A DNA stretch of 63,612 bases, the filler included, from Reticulomyxa filosa (taxonomy: Eukaryota; Protista; Foraminifera), in NCBI GenBank assembly GCA_000512085.1. It is 24 parts of 24 records of this genome, joined end to end, with 100 filler letters (N's around TTAATTAATTAA, not from the genome) between each part and the next. Parts side by side here need not be neighbours in the genome. Positions count along the whole stretch, not along the records: positions 1 to 3,061 come from ASPP01012731.1; positions 3,162 to 5,663 come from ASPP01016549.1; positions 5,764 to 7,292 come from ASPP01045344.1; positions 7,393 to 9,677 come from ASPP01010776.1; positions 9,778 to 12,163 come from ASPP01050493.1; 19 more parts are not named here. One strand, given 5' to 3'. Shown here piece after piece: positions 1 to 12,263 of this stretch. Within the stretch, counting starts at the first letter, position 1. Each line of letters starts with the position of its first letter. A program made the position numbers and the translations under genes. The notes beneath the pieces were generated by a model that had not been told where the DNA came from, searched no databases, and was given only the letters and a program-made list of their open reading frames with translations.

Positions 1-2480
1 TTTTTTTTTTTGAAAATTCAAGAAGGGAGTTTAAAAAAAAAAAAAATTAAAAACTTGTTGAAACAATTTATTCGCTTGTGTATCCAAAGAATCTAAATCT
101 TTCTTTCTGCTTTCTGAATCAAAGTCCTTATACTTGACGCTTTGTGCATAAGTGTTGGACTTGCCAGGCTCGACAAACTCGATAAAGATGCCATCTTTGT
201 TTAACTCCACGTTCGTTTTCTTTACTATTTCTTCCAGGACTATATTTCCAAATGAAACAAAACAAAAAAAAATTTATTCGAAAAATGACGATAAAAAACA
301 GAAATCGCATCAAGGAAAATTGTACTGCTAGCTTTACCAAAGTTTTCGTCCACATTTTCAGGTTGATCTTTACTTTGTTTCTGTTCTAGGTAATATTTCC
401 TAATTTCCTCAAAATCACGATTTTCTGTCCGCTTTGCATCATTATCAACGTATCAGTTTTGTTTTTGAAAGAATTCACAATAGGTATACTTGTTAACACA
501 TGGACAAAAATTCTTTTGAGTAACAAAAGATATATTTACCGTTGTATTTGAAAGTTCACTCTCTGGAGCCTATTTTGTTTGTATGTGTTTGGAGGTTTGA
601 CTTACAGCATAACAACAATAAAGAACTAACTGACCGTCCTTATACTGCAGCTTGGATTCTCGACATTACCATTTGATGTACGAGATTGTTCGGATCCATA
701 TATTTCCTGTTGGGATTGGCCGTGAGCAGTAGTGGTATCATGAGGCACATCTAACTTGGGGTTACATGTTTCCTCTTTTTTGTCTTCATTTTCGAATTTG
801 TTGAATCTTTGGTAAAGAAAATCTTTTTGATTCATGTTAATCCAAAAACCAAAGTTTTAGTTGTCTTAAACGGCTGTTATTTTCAATATAGGCTTTTTCT
901 TAAAAATATTTTACTAGAAAAAACAAAAGAGGGACTTTCTAGTTGTGTTTTTTAACCAGCGACGTTATCACGAAACTAACTTTGGTTTGTAAGTATGGGC
1001 GTGAGAAAAAGCGAATTACAACAACAAAGAACATAACAACATAAATACTGATGTGCGAAAGAAATTTTACGACAATAAATTTTCAGCGATAAAACAAATT
1101 AAACAACATAATACCCAAAATCCAAGAAAAGATCGTAGGGCAAGTCCCTATTATAAGTATCTGAACACCAAGGGAACGGAGGAATCCCTAGTACGTTAAA
1201 CTTCCTCAACAACCTACTTCTTACTTTGTTACTTTCCTTTTGTTATTGTTTTATTATTTAAATTACATTCGTTTTACGAAAATTCCTATTCTCTCTTAAG
1301 TAAACACCTCTTGTATTACAGTTAGTGCACCAATATTATCAGCAAACGTCCCACAAGATTCATGTCCTTTATGTTGCAATACTGGCATGTGTTCGTTATA
1401 CTGTCGATAAATTATGTTGTCTAACATGCATATAATTTTTTTTGCTTTTCAAGTGGTAATCTGACTATAAAGTGACAAATCAGCGGTATTCGTGTAGGAG
1501 GTGCCAGAAGTGGTGACAGAATTTAGTGTAGCTTATTACTTAAATAATAAGTAGAAATTGTTTGATTTAACTTCAGAGTTAATATGGACCATAATTTGTG
1601 ATTTACACTACAACCATGCACTTGCTTATCATCTGGTACTTAATTCAATCAATCTAATAATCAGGATGATATCAAAAGATAGATTGCAAAAGGACAAGCT
1701 AATAAAAATTATATATTTAGAAATTTTTTAATTAAAAATAAGTTTATGTTGAAATAATGCAAAAAAGGTATTAAAAAAAGGCTGTATCACCTGTTACAAA
1801 AGTGGAATATTTTTTGTATTAATTAATACAAGTTTTTTGATTTATTTCCAAAGATGATTTGAAAAAAAGACAAGGAGTCTATCATACTGAAACGATAATG
1901 ATAAATATAATTTAGATCATTTGATACAAGTAAATGTTATGTACAAAACTTTTCTATATCTTTGTACTTCAAGTTCTGTACGAAGAATGTATATGCAACA
2001 AATATCTCTTTAAATCCATTTGGTTCTTCAGTTCAAATATGAATTTGTTTATTTTGAATTGAACATTGAAGATTTTGATTACATGTAATAATAACATTGT
2101 GATCATATTGACAAAGTTATAACCATTGTGATGAAATCGACATCAACTCAATTTACGATATATTCAAAGCTATTTCAAGACTACACAAAATTAATTTGAT
2201 ATTCGGTTTGTGCAATGAATTTACTTTAAACTCAATTTAAAAATTCTAAACTGAATACATAAAATGCAGCATTATGATCTATTTTTTGTATGCCCCTTAA
2301 CATTTATGGATAGCTTCCAACAAAAAGCAATTTTAAATTGCAATAGCATTAAAAAATGCTACACGTGAAAAAAGTAATAAAATTTAAAATAAAAATTTAC
2401 AAAAAGTTTTTAATAATATTTACCAAAAAAATTTTTTTAAATGTTTATTTTTCATGAAGAAAATTGATTATTTCAAAGGT

Positions 2481-2531
2481 GGTGAGTGAGACTACTTACA
2501 TCACAATGGAGTCAGTATGACTCCAAATATA
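2481..2531 (+). repeat. Dispersed ~50-bp repeat with internal hairpin TGGAGTCA-GTA-TGACTCCA
   Basis: ggtg-agtgagactacttacatcacaatggagtcagtatgactccaaatat is near-identical to 30383-30433 on another contig. Confidence 0.8.
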
Positions 2532-2570
2532 CAGTAGGTTGCAAAGAAAACTGACGCCTAAAATATCATA
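2532..2570 (+). mobile_element. MITE terminus (Tc1/mariner-like foldback family), left end
   Basis: TA|CAGTAGGTTGCAAAGAAAACTGA-CGCCTAAAA matches the family terminus seen at 2829, 5626 and 63432. Confidence 0.8.
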
Positions 2571-2828
2571 GAATTCAACATAATTAAAAAAAAACACTCT
2601 TTGATTGAGGTGTATTTAAAAAAATGGAATGTTTTTGTCTTACGGAAGTAATGCAAAAATTTTTTTTACTTTGTGTTTGATAAATTCTAAATCACTAAAT
2701 CATCCTGTACCACTTTCAGGGTTGCAATTATGAATATTTTATTAAGGTAAACTAAAGCCGTTGCAAATTACCACATATTGAACAAAGCGATTTGTGTGCA
2801 ATCTACAAATTAGATTCTTTAGAAAATA

Positions 2829-3020
2829 CAGTAGGTTGCAAAAAACTGAACACCTAAAATCCGCCTTATGAAGATGATAGATTTTCTTAATGAAAAACAA
2901 ACATTTAAAGCTAATTTTTTTAAAAAAAATATCTACAAGTCTTGTAGTTTTTAAATATGATATTGATTTTTGAATAACTTTTTTTTAGGTTGGAGAAAAA
3001 TATCATTCTTTCAAATGGTT
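2829..3020 (+). mobile_element. Foldback MITE, left arm plus central spacer
   Basis: TA|CAGTAGGTTGCAAAAAACTGAACACCTAAAA...ATCTACAAGTCTTGTAGTTTTTAAATATGATATTG...CATTCTTTCAAA is colinear with 63432-63612 and with the reverse complement of 38242-38413. Confidence 0.85.
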
Positions 3021-3061
3021 TTTTAAAATTTTGCAAGGCTGTAAATAATTTACACTTGCAT

Positions 3062-3161
3062 NNNNNNNNNNNNNNNNNNNNNNNNNNNNNNNNNNNNNNN
3101 NNNNNTTAATTAATTAANNNNNNNNNNNNNNNNNNNNNNNNNNNNNNNNNNNNNNNNNNNN
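3062..3161. other. Artificial contig-joining spacer (N44-TTAATTAATTAA-N44, stops in all six frames); first of 23 copies
   Basis: The identical 100-bp spacer starts at 3062, 5664, 7293, 9678, 12164, 13768, 14868, 16340, 17849, 22099, 27977, 29140, 33172, 36269, 38142, 46941, 49532, 51063, 53156, 57179, 59759, 60920 and 62422. Genes are cut abruptly at these points. Confidence 0.98.
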
Positions 3162-3610
3162 GCATACCCAATTAATCTAGTACCTAACAAATATACAAAC
3201 AACATGCTCGCACAAAGCATGTTGTAATAATATTGCAACTTGTGACCATGCTTAAAGTGCTTGCCATGCTTGTACGAGTCAAAGAAATACACTTGCAGAA
3301 TGAGACAAGAGAACCACGGAATCGCTGACGCAACAATCACACACAATACCCATATCTGCTTCATCCGCAGGGGAAACGAACCCCATATACCTCTTGCCTG
3401 TGCCAGAAACAGCGCCGTCAACGCACTCTTGTTCAATTCCACCGTGTTTTTAAATGTCTCCTCCCACGACTTCTCCGTCCCTACATCTTTCAACGACTTG
3501 GTCTTTTGAGGCTTCAAACGAATTGCCTTGATACTCGCCAATATTTCTGTTTTTTCTACTGTCCCATATTCTTTCAGCTTATCTTTCACATTTGATATTC
3601 TTTCTGTCAT
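3162..3610 (-). CDS. Hypothetical multi-pass membrane protein, 3'-truncated
   Basis: ATG-initiated open frame (MTERISNVKDK...) with hydrophobic segments (IWVLCVIVASAIPWFSCLILQVYFF; MLCASMLFVYLLG) runs into the spacer. Composition is coding-like. Confidence 0.65.
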
Positions 3611-3974
3611 ACTTCCCGAAAGAAGTTTACTATGTTACAAAGGTTTTTTTTTTTTTTTGGGTTGTCTTGTTTTTTTGTGGTTTCATACCGGTTTTGCTTG
3701 TTTCAAGAACAACTTTACTCTTGAAAACTCACTTCTTTAGAAAAGCAAATGAACACCTTTCATTTCTCAACGCTATAGTGAAATTGATTTGTCTTAAATC
3801 TTAAAACAAGACAATATGATCGAATATTTTTGCAAATATCTTAGTTCTATTTTGGAATATTTCGTTTTTTTCACACCAAGCCAACAACTTTTTGCTTGAC
3901 TTGGGGCCGCAGGATTTTTTTTTTGTGTCTTATTTTTGAACAAAGCAAACAATACATACAAAACAAAAACCGAT

Positions 3975-4838
3975 ATGGCCGCAAATCAAAATAAAAAAAA
4001 AAATCCACCTCCAAACCTATCAAAACAAAGCCCAGACACAGTAACAGGAGCTTATGTCCTTGCGTTGGCCTTGCGAGTGTTGACAGGCAAAGCCGCATCG
4101 TTGGTGAATGTGAAATTTGCAAGCAAGGTGAAATTCCAAGCAACCTATCATTGTGAAATAAGCGATGAAAAATTGGATTTGAAGAGTGCTATTGAATCAA
4201 ATTTTAATGCCTTGGTAGATAAATCATTACCTATCTCAATCCGTTCGGTCACAGAACCGCCAAAAGAGCTTCCCCAAGGATTAGCTGAACCAACACATCC
4301 AGATCTAGTATCTTTTGCTGTCAAAGGTTTTGAAGAACATGTCGGTTATAGTGCTGTTTCAGTTATAGATAATACAGGTAAAAAAAAAAAAAAAATCGAC
4401 AAATAGCGCTAATGATTAAAATAATGTATTAGAAAAATCCTAAGAAAATTCTTAACCTAAGAATGGAAAAAAAAAGTTTATTATTTCTTTGCTTGAATAG
4501 CAAAATTAGTGGGATGCTTGTTATTGAAAGCCAGTTATAAAAATAAAAAATCGCAATTGGAGGTAGCTGCACAAATTGGGAAGGAAACTCGAGGAGACAA
4601 TACAGACAACGATACTCAAACGACAACAACGTCACAATCAGCAGTCCATCAATTTACTAACAAAATTATGTCTCGAATTCTTGATGAATTGGAGCATCAC
4701 AAATTGTTGACGACTGAACAATTGCCAGAAGTACACAAACAATCGTTACTGGAGGATATTGAGGAGTGTTTGCTTCAATTCCAAAATGTCGCATACACCA
4801 GGGGATTGTTTGCAGGGCAAGGGAAAAAAGCACTATGA
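3975..4838 (+). CDS. Two-exon 246-aa protein with a degenerate AlaX/AlaRS editing-domain-like region
   Basis: Exons 3975-4377 and 4501-4838 are joined by a GT-AG intron (4378-4500), giving ...VIDNT-A-KLVGCLLLKASYKNKKSQLEV... The family call is from recalled motif spacing only. Confidence 0.7.
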
Positions 4839-5625
4839 ATTTTAATTCATTCGTTTTTGTGTCATTATTCAACTTTTTATTTTAATTATTTTTTTAATAA
4901 AAAAAAAACAAAAACGGACACATTGAAAAAAAAAATTATAAATAAAAAAGCAACATGCAAAAGATATATTTTGTGACTGACAAAGACATCTGAAACGTTT
5001 CCGTTTTGCACTTGCTTATTCAAATTCAATCTTTTTTTAATACTTCGATCTTTTTGGTGATCTTTCACTTATCTCTAAGTCTAAAATATCTTTTTCAACA
5101 GGCAACAGCTATCAAACGATTGAACAAAAAATTTTGACAAGTATCCAAAAAGAAACAAAAAAAAGATACATACACTTCCGTTTGAAAAAAAAACTTTTGG
5201 AGGTAAATATGTGTTGATATAATTATTTTTAATTTTTTTTTATTGCATTTTGAAAAAATTGTTGCTTTGATGTATAAAATAATTTTGATTAAATTGATTA
5301 TTATTTATCAAGAAAAAATCAACAATTTGAGATATTGTTTTCAAAGAGAATAGTTAAACTAATTATATCTATAAAAAAGAAAAAACATATACTTATTCCA
5401 AACATCCTTTATTTATTATTCAACAGTTGTGTATGACGAGCAATTTGTTCAAAATTATAATGTGTAAAAAAATTTGAAAATGAAAAAAAATTTCAAAACA
5501 GTCAACAACAAAAATAAAACATTGTAAAATATAAACTAAAACTTCCAAAATTTCAAAAAACAAAAACGAAACCAAAAATTAATTAAATAAAAGAAAATAG
5601 TTGAAAAAATAAAAAAATGTTTGTA

Positions 5626-5663
5626 CAGTATGTTGCAAAGAAAACTGAACGCCTAAAACATAT
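5626..5663 (+). mobile_element. MITE left terminus at contig end
   Basis: TA|CAGTATGTTGCAAAGAAAACTGAACGCCTAAAACATAT, followed directly by the spacer. Confidence 0.85.
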
Positions 5664-5952
5664 NNNNNNNNNNNNNNNNNNNNNNNNNNNNNNNNNNNNN
5701 NNNNNNNTTAATTAATTAANNNNNNNNNNNNNNNNNNNNNNNNNNNNNNNNNNNNNNNNNNNNTATATGTATATATAAATTTGAGAATTTTATATTAATT
5801 GTGCAGTTTTGGTCAGTGACACGTAAAACTGTTTAGTTGAAGGTAGTGTGAAAAAAAAAGAAAAAAGGGGAACAAATTTTTAAATATATTCTGGATCATG
5901 CTGGAGTCTGTTGTCCGGTCTTACAGGAAATACTGAAGTGAAAGGGTATGAA

Positions 5953-6180
5953 TTCAAACAACGAACGCTATGCACATGACACTTTGTAAAGATTTGTGCG
6001 TACGTTGGGGTTCAGACAGTTGTCACACAGTGACAGCCCACAAGATGGGATTAAGTGAAAACAAGCAATTGGCGATAACTTTGAACAGCGCATGGGTGAT
6101 GACTTGTGCGTTTTCGCCATCGTATGATTATACTGCAAGTAGTGGTTTGGACAACACTGTGTTTATTTTCCGAACTACTG
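5953..6180 (+). pseudogene. Heterotrimeric G-protein beta subunit pseudogene fragment
   Basis: FKQRTLCT*HFVKICA / VRWGSDS...NKQLAITLNSAWVMTCAFSPSYDYTASSGLDNTVFIF matches G-beta [20 protein letters not shown]...[30 protein letters not shown]. It has a stop at the conserved Gly and a frameshift. Confidence 0.8.
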
Positions 6181-7392
6181 CAAAAGACAACAATGCACCA
6201 ACCGGAGGAAAATTTAAATCAATAGTTGAGTTTTTTTTTTTAAAAAAAAAAAGGATTGATCTTAGCGTATGCTACTTACACATTTTTAATTGGAGTAAAA
6301 AAAAAGGGGGAAGAAAAGAAAAAAAATAAACAAATTGTTGGATGAAAACTATTAAAATTGACATTTTTTTTTAAATTAAAAAAAAAGGAATTATACAGAA
6401 AAGCTTCTTTATACATATTTTATTTTTGTGAACAAAAATTAAAATATTTTCAATTCGAACAAAATCAGACAATATTTGATAACTATTCAATAGTATCTTC
6501 ATGCAACTTTTTCTCTTGCAGTCCATACTCATCCTCTTTTTTTTTTTTGAAACTAAAATAGAAATTGAATTGTTTGAAACGGAACATTGATGATAGCACA
6601 AAACAAGTATAAAAAAAAAAGTGATGCATGAAATTTTACTTTAGGTAGTGGAGTTAAACGATATTAGTATTTTTAACTACCTCATAAATAAAGATGAAAG
6701 CAATGCAAATTAATTTGAATTATTTTCAAAACTCTTACTATGGAAGTGTGAGAAAGCCCAGATAGGATAGCATATGGTGGTGGGGACTACTCTGAGTCTG
6801 GCGTCGAGTGTCTGTATTTTTGACTTTGTAGATATTTTGAACTAATTCCATTAAATAAATTTTTTTTTTTTTTTGTCAAATATTTTCTTATTTTTATAAA
6901 ACAATCTACATTTATTTAGTTTTTATACAAAATGCTTTTATTTTCAATCTTGGTTTTAGTGAGTTGCTTCGTTTGCTATGAGTACTAATAAAGTGAAATC
7001 TACGAGTTATTAATTTTGTACAAGACAATATTTCCATCAGCACCGCCAGAGGCAACAGTGGAAGCTTGTTGTCCAAAGTGAGAGACAAGATGCCCTCGTC
7101 TCATTTATTCAAGTGTGTGCGCTGTGGTTCAATTTCATCAACACAGCGATAGGAGACAGTGTCTCAAAGACGAATTCTGCAATCATGAGAGCACGTGACT
7201 AAGCATTGAGCCTGGTCATGCCGTGACGGCGTCTTCGTGACACTTCCACTCTTTGACGCACTTGCCCATTTTGGCATCGAGCACGGAGACGGNNNNNNNN
7301 NNNNNNNNNNNNNNNNNNNNNNNNNNNNNNNNNNNNTTAATTAATTAANNNNNNNNNNNNNNNNNNNNNNNNNNNNNNNNNNNNNNNNNNNN

Positions 7393-7426
<34 letters not shown>

Positions 7427-7529
7427 AAACACAAAACATGTTTGTTAAAAGATTGATTTTATTACGATTTGAAATGACCCATATCCACATAATACATACC
7501 ATATAAACATACAGACGTAGAGACCGCAC

Positions 7530-8096
7530 ATAGACAAACACAACGATACCAACAAAAGCGGTGGCAGTCGTCAATCCAGGGAATTGGGAAAAGGACAACA
7601 GCGCATTGAACAGATAAAACCATGATCTTCCCCATAATCTACTCAATAAACGAAACCAATAGAAAAGACCCAATTGACAGCCTCGGCTTACTCTCGATAC
7701 CGGGCCCTCGACAATCATGGTCACTATGCCCATGCAAAACAAGTAGAAAAATACCAAGTTGCCAATCCCTTTTACTTTTTGCCCATTCAGTGCCATGTCA
7801 GCCACCGCAAGTCCGGTAAATGCCATTCCACCGAAAAACAAAAACCAACGCAGTGGCATCCAGTTGAAACATCTAACTAACCAACTTGGCGTTTCGGGTG
7901 GCGGGTTGTGGTCTGCAACTGCCGCGTTTGCTGAACGAAAATCGTCTGTCGTCGCTTCATAAGCATTCGATATCTGTTGTTTCGTCTGTGTTGCCACCAT
8001 CGACGTTGTTTGGCTGGACACTGTTGAGTTGCCCGTTTGGGTCGTCACGTGGACCTCATCATATGCTGTTGCTTCTGCGTCAAATGGATTTGCCAT
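7530..8096 (-). CDS. COPI-associated / TVP15-like Golgi membrane protein, first exon
   Basis: MANPFDAE... carries several TM segments and the motif LLSRLWGRSWFYLF, resembling the family motif F+...GRG.FY+F. It then enters an intron and the contig end. The exon end is approximate. Confidence 0.65.
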
Positions 8097-9195
8097 TTCT
8101 TTTGTTAAATAACCTCAAATCAAGGAGGAAATGATGCAATTTAAAGAAAATATTTTTTTTAAAAAAGTGATAAAGGTCCTCACCCCAAAGTAACACTGCC
8201 CAACCGTAAGTGACAAACTAAACCCAACACTTTTTGTTTTTTTGAAAATAAAACATAGGATCAAAAGATATTGAAAAATTTATTAATTCTTAAGTATCAC
8301 GAATGCAATGTTAAATCAAACAAAGAAATTTCCTCTTTGTGAGTGCTTTCACTGATAGGTTAAAAAGTCGTAAAAATTCGAATATTGCAATACTTAATCT
8401 TGTCAATGTGCTGTTAGTTTTCTCAAAAAAACAACCTTAAAGATTTAAACTTTTTAACCAAAAAAATATGGGCCTCGCAGCATTTACATATTTAATTTTA
8501 AAGTTGTAACCTGGAAAACAGTGTTTTGTGTATATTTAAACGCGTTAAGTAATTTTAATCAAATTTTCAAAGAATAAGTGTTCCAATGCAAAGAATCAAG
8601 GAAGCATTTTATTTTTTCTCAACAAGTACTGTGCAAAATATGGTATTTCTTGCGTTTTTGTTTTTAAGTGTACGGCTCAGTGTTACAGTTGACGAACGTC
8701 AAACAGTATATTCAAAACATTTTTTTCAATTTTTACTTCTATGCCACATATTTTTTAAATAAGGATTTTATGCGTCATCAACTTTGTTTAGGCAAAGTAT
8801 GGTGAACAAAATTCCGAGACCAAAACCTTTTTCCTTTTTTATTTCGTTTGCTACTAACTTCCTCCTGTTTTTCTGCGGTTATAGTTTATTTTAATTTATT
8901 TATATATTTTATTCAAACTTTGCTCAAAAAAGAAAAATTTTCGCACTATACCTTCTACAGTTGAACTACCTCGTACAACAAATAAATCTGAAAATAAGTT
9001 TAAATAGATTAAGTAGCGTATCCTTTTTTTCTGTAGTGTCCATGTTCTTTTAAATATTTTACTAAAAAGAGAATTCGAATATTTGTATCAATCTTGTAAA
9101 ATCTACTTAGAGCGACCGTACTGGGAACGAAAAGGTCTTCAACGCAAAGGGTGGGGGGGTGTAACGAGAAAAAAAAATTATTGTGCCTGAACATC

Positions 9196-9677
9196 ATGGG
9201 TGGGGTGTGTTGCAGGTTGGTACATTTTTTTTGTTATTCAAGAAAACAGTTGAATTTAAGTGGCATTAAAAGCAATAAAACAGTAAAACATACTAACTGA
9301 TCAGAGACCGAGTGGACACACAAATAAACGGCAACTTGCAAGACAAATTTCGCCAAGAGAGCGCAATTCGAAAATTGTTGTTATTAGGAAGGTTAGATTT
9401 GTAATAATCGAAACCAACGAAACAAAACAAAAAAAAAACAAGTGCTGGCAAAAGAGCACGAACAGAGTAGAGACTTGATCATTACACATGCATATTCACA
9501 TATGGCACGTATATATATATAAATATACATATACACATATACGATATAAAATGAACAGTGGAAGCGCAGGAAAGTCGACAATAGTGAAGCAACTGACACG
9601 AATTCACGGAGGTTCGTTTCAACTAGTGCAAAACGAGCAAACAGCAATAACAATACAAAACAATTGCATTCAGTGTA
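9196..9677 (+). CDS. Heterotrimeric G-protein alpha subunit, N-terminal three exons (truncated)
   Basis: Exons 9196-9215, 9305-9391 and 9559-9677 splice to MGGVCCRDRVDTQINGNLQDKFRQESAIRKLLLLGSGSAGKSTIVKQLTRIH. It has an MG myristoylation site, a CC palmitoylation site and the KLLLLG..GKST..KQ G1 box. A TACTAAC branch point lies at 9291-9297. Confidence 0.92.
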
Positions 9678-9853
9678 NNNNNNNNNNNNNNNNNNNNNNN
9701 NNNNNNNNNNNNNNNNNNNNNTTAATTAATTAANNNNNNNNNNNNNNNNNNNNNNNNNNNNNNNNNNNNNNNNNNNNATTTAACAAATTACATTCTTTCC
9801 ATCTAAAAAAAAAAAAAAAAACTGTTAATATGAGCCAACATCAGGTATCGTTG

Positions 9854-11560
9854 GACAATGATTGCATTGTGATATTTTGCGATGGGAGCACATATCCCAA
9901 TCCGGGTCCATTGTGGAAGGGTGATTATCCTGACTGATTGCAAGTTCGTGATTAATGCAATATTCAACAAATGGGATTCTGACATCTATAAATTGCCGGC
10001 TTTTTTAGTTAGCCAATGATGAAATGAAGGGGATATTAATTTTTTTTTTTTTTTTTTTTGCCAGATTTGTGTGCCGATGATTGGGGACAATATATGGGGT
10101 CCCGAAACAAGAATCAAAGTTGTCAAGGAACTTTCGAAACTATATTTCAACATTTAATTTGTTTGTTTGTTTTTTTTTTAGAGAGGGAATGTTATAAGTT
10201 GAATTCACAGAAAATATTGCAAACAAGCACCTCACTCACACTTGAATACAGTACTAAGTATTACAATATGTTACAAATGTAACCAACATACAACATTCTA
10301 GCTTCAACTTTGCTATAGTTTTAATTTAAAATTGTTTGATAGAGGGCAAAGTTGTGTCTCATTGTAAAAAAATTCCGATTTATCATTCAAACTTTGGTGA
10401 TCAGAGGGAATCCCATTCAACTTACGAGAGACACAATCTACAATTCTAGTTACTATCACAACCAACCTTAAATATTAAAACAAAACAAGTCAACAAAAAG
10501 TTGAAGTATTTTTTCTTGACTGTTCTTTGCTTGTATCGGACCTTTCCAGTTGTTTATCGGCCTTTCCTTCGGTTTCAATGTCTTCAAAAATCTTCAGTGG
10601 CCTTTTCTTGATCGGAACCTGAGGCTCCTCCACGCTGCCGGCGCGATTGCTTTCTAATGAGATGCCGAATCGCGATGAAGAGATGTATTTTGGCATTCTT
10701 GCCACCCTTTCGCTCGGCTGTTACCCTGTTTGCTTTTAGCTGGCCAATGATGATGAGTGGGGATATATATGTATATACATTTTTTTTAATTTGTTTGGCG
10801 AAGCAAGGAGTAGTCGGACACCATCAAGTATTTGATTAAGAATTACAATTTGTTATGAAAATAACTGCATATATTATCACTGGAGAATATTGGAATGCAA
10901 ATCATCGACATGATTGGATAGTGTATCCTTGATTTCATCGTACCAAATGGATACACATTATCATTTGCACGTTCATGAAAGACAATGCACATCAAGCATT
11001 GTGTCATCGTCTATTCTTCCATTGATTAGAGAACGGACGATGTTCAAACCACGTGATCTTTCACCACGATGAAAAGTAATATTTGACGAAATATATTGAT
11101 CCAATTGTATCGAGAGATCAAGGTTCTTTGTATAAAGCGTCGAATCTTGGATCAAATGTGTTAAAACTGGAAAAGTGACAATTGGTATCAGTTTAAGTTC
11201 AAAAATCAAACAAAGAACAAGGCCATCATTTTGAATGGTGCAGCAGAAATTTATAAGAGACAGTGGAAAAGGATTAAAATGATATTCAATGTTATTTCTC
11301 AACTTCATCCTCTTGAATTAAGACTAATACAAAAATATATGAAGCTTTATCACAAGTGCGTCAGATAATCAGTCCGATTCAACTGTCGTAATCTTGTGTT
11401 GATATACAATATTTGTAATAAATCAAGACCAAATGCTCATTTGAATTATATTTTATGTAATGACATTGATTAAATAATTCAACAAACATTATATCAGAAA
11501 TTGAAGCAATTAGACTTGCATTGAAATATGTGATTATTAATTCGATATTCAACAAATGGT
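9854..11560 (+). mobile_element. Scrambled non-LTR retrotransposon relic (RNase H and endonuclease fragments)
   Basis: RNase H motifs IVIFCDGSTYPNPGP and VIILTDCKFVINAIFNKW lie at 9854-9974, and TNIISEIEAIRLALKYV at ~11482-11532. An IITG..WNANH endonuclease-like stretch lies at ~10870-10910. Many stops and deletions. Confidence 0.65.
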
Positions 11561-12263
11561 CACTTCTTGCTTAGTAATTAAACAGACGTTGGATTTGTGA
11601 ATGAATTGATTATTTGATATATACTGTTGAGCATTTCCTGATTAAATATTTGCCAACTAATTCTTGATACCTCAAACGTCCAGAAGTGCTTCCAGGCATT
11701 AATGTATTGTCATTGTCTATGAAACAATTAATTATTTTCTATCTTGGAAATCATGTCATGATCAAAGTTTTGAATGCAGCAGCAAACTCGTGATCGATAT
11801 CAATAGAAGGATTTGAGTAATTGTCAATTTAAATTGAAATAACTTTATTGTTTTTCTTTTGATTACTTTTCCATGGACCTTTTGGTCATTGTAAGATTTT
11901 GTGTCTTTATTTTGTTTTTGTGTTTTTAACTCTTTTACAAGAAAGCATGCTACAAAATTTGCACTGTTAAAAATTTTGAAGTTATTCTTTTTATTAGATT
12001 AGACAATTAGATACTATATCCAGCATCAGTATCTCAAGAATTTTGAATATAATCTCAAAGATTTCTGACCATTTTCGTGTAAACAACATTGTGATAACAA
12101 GGCAAATATCAAATAAAATAAAACTACTAGTAAAATTTTTATATTAGAAACCAATTGCAATTTNNNNNNNNNNNNNNNNNNNNNNNNNNNNNNNNNNNNN
12201 NNNNNNNTTAATTAATTAANNNNNNNNNNNNNNNNNNNNNNNNNNNNNNNNNNNNNNNNNNNN

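Noticed and set aside
3106-3117. Regularly recurring TTAATTAATTAA palindrome as a biological repeat or CRISPR-like array
   Set aside because: It is always centred in exactly 44+44 N and is an artificial six-frame-stop linker. ORFs ending in X...LIN or X...N are artefacts of it.
5970-5985. In-frame TGA in the G-beta fragment as Sec or an alternative genetic code
   Set aside because: It replaces a conserved Gly (GGA>TGA) and is followed by a frameshift, so it is pseudogene decay. TGA and TAA both terminate intact genes elsewhere in the window.
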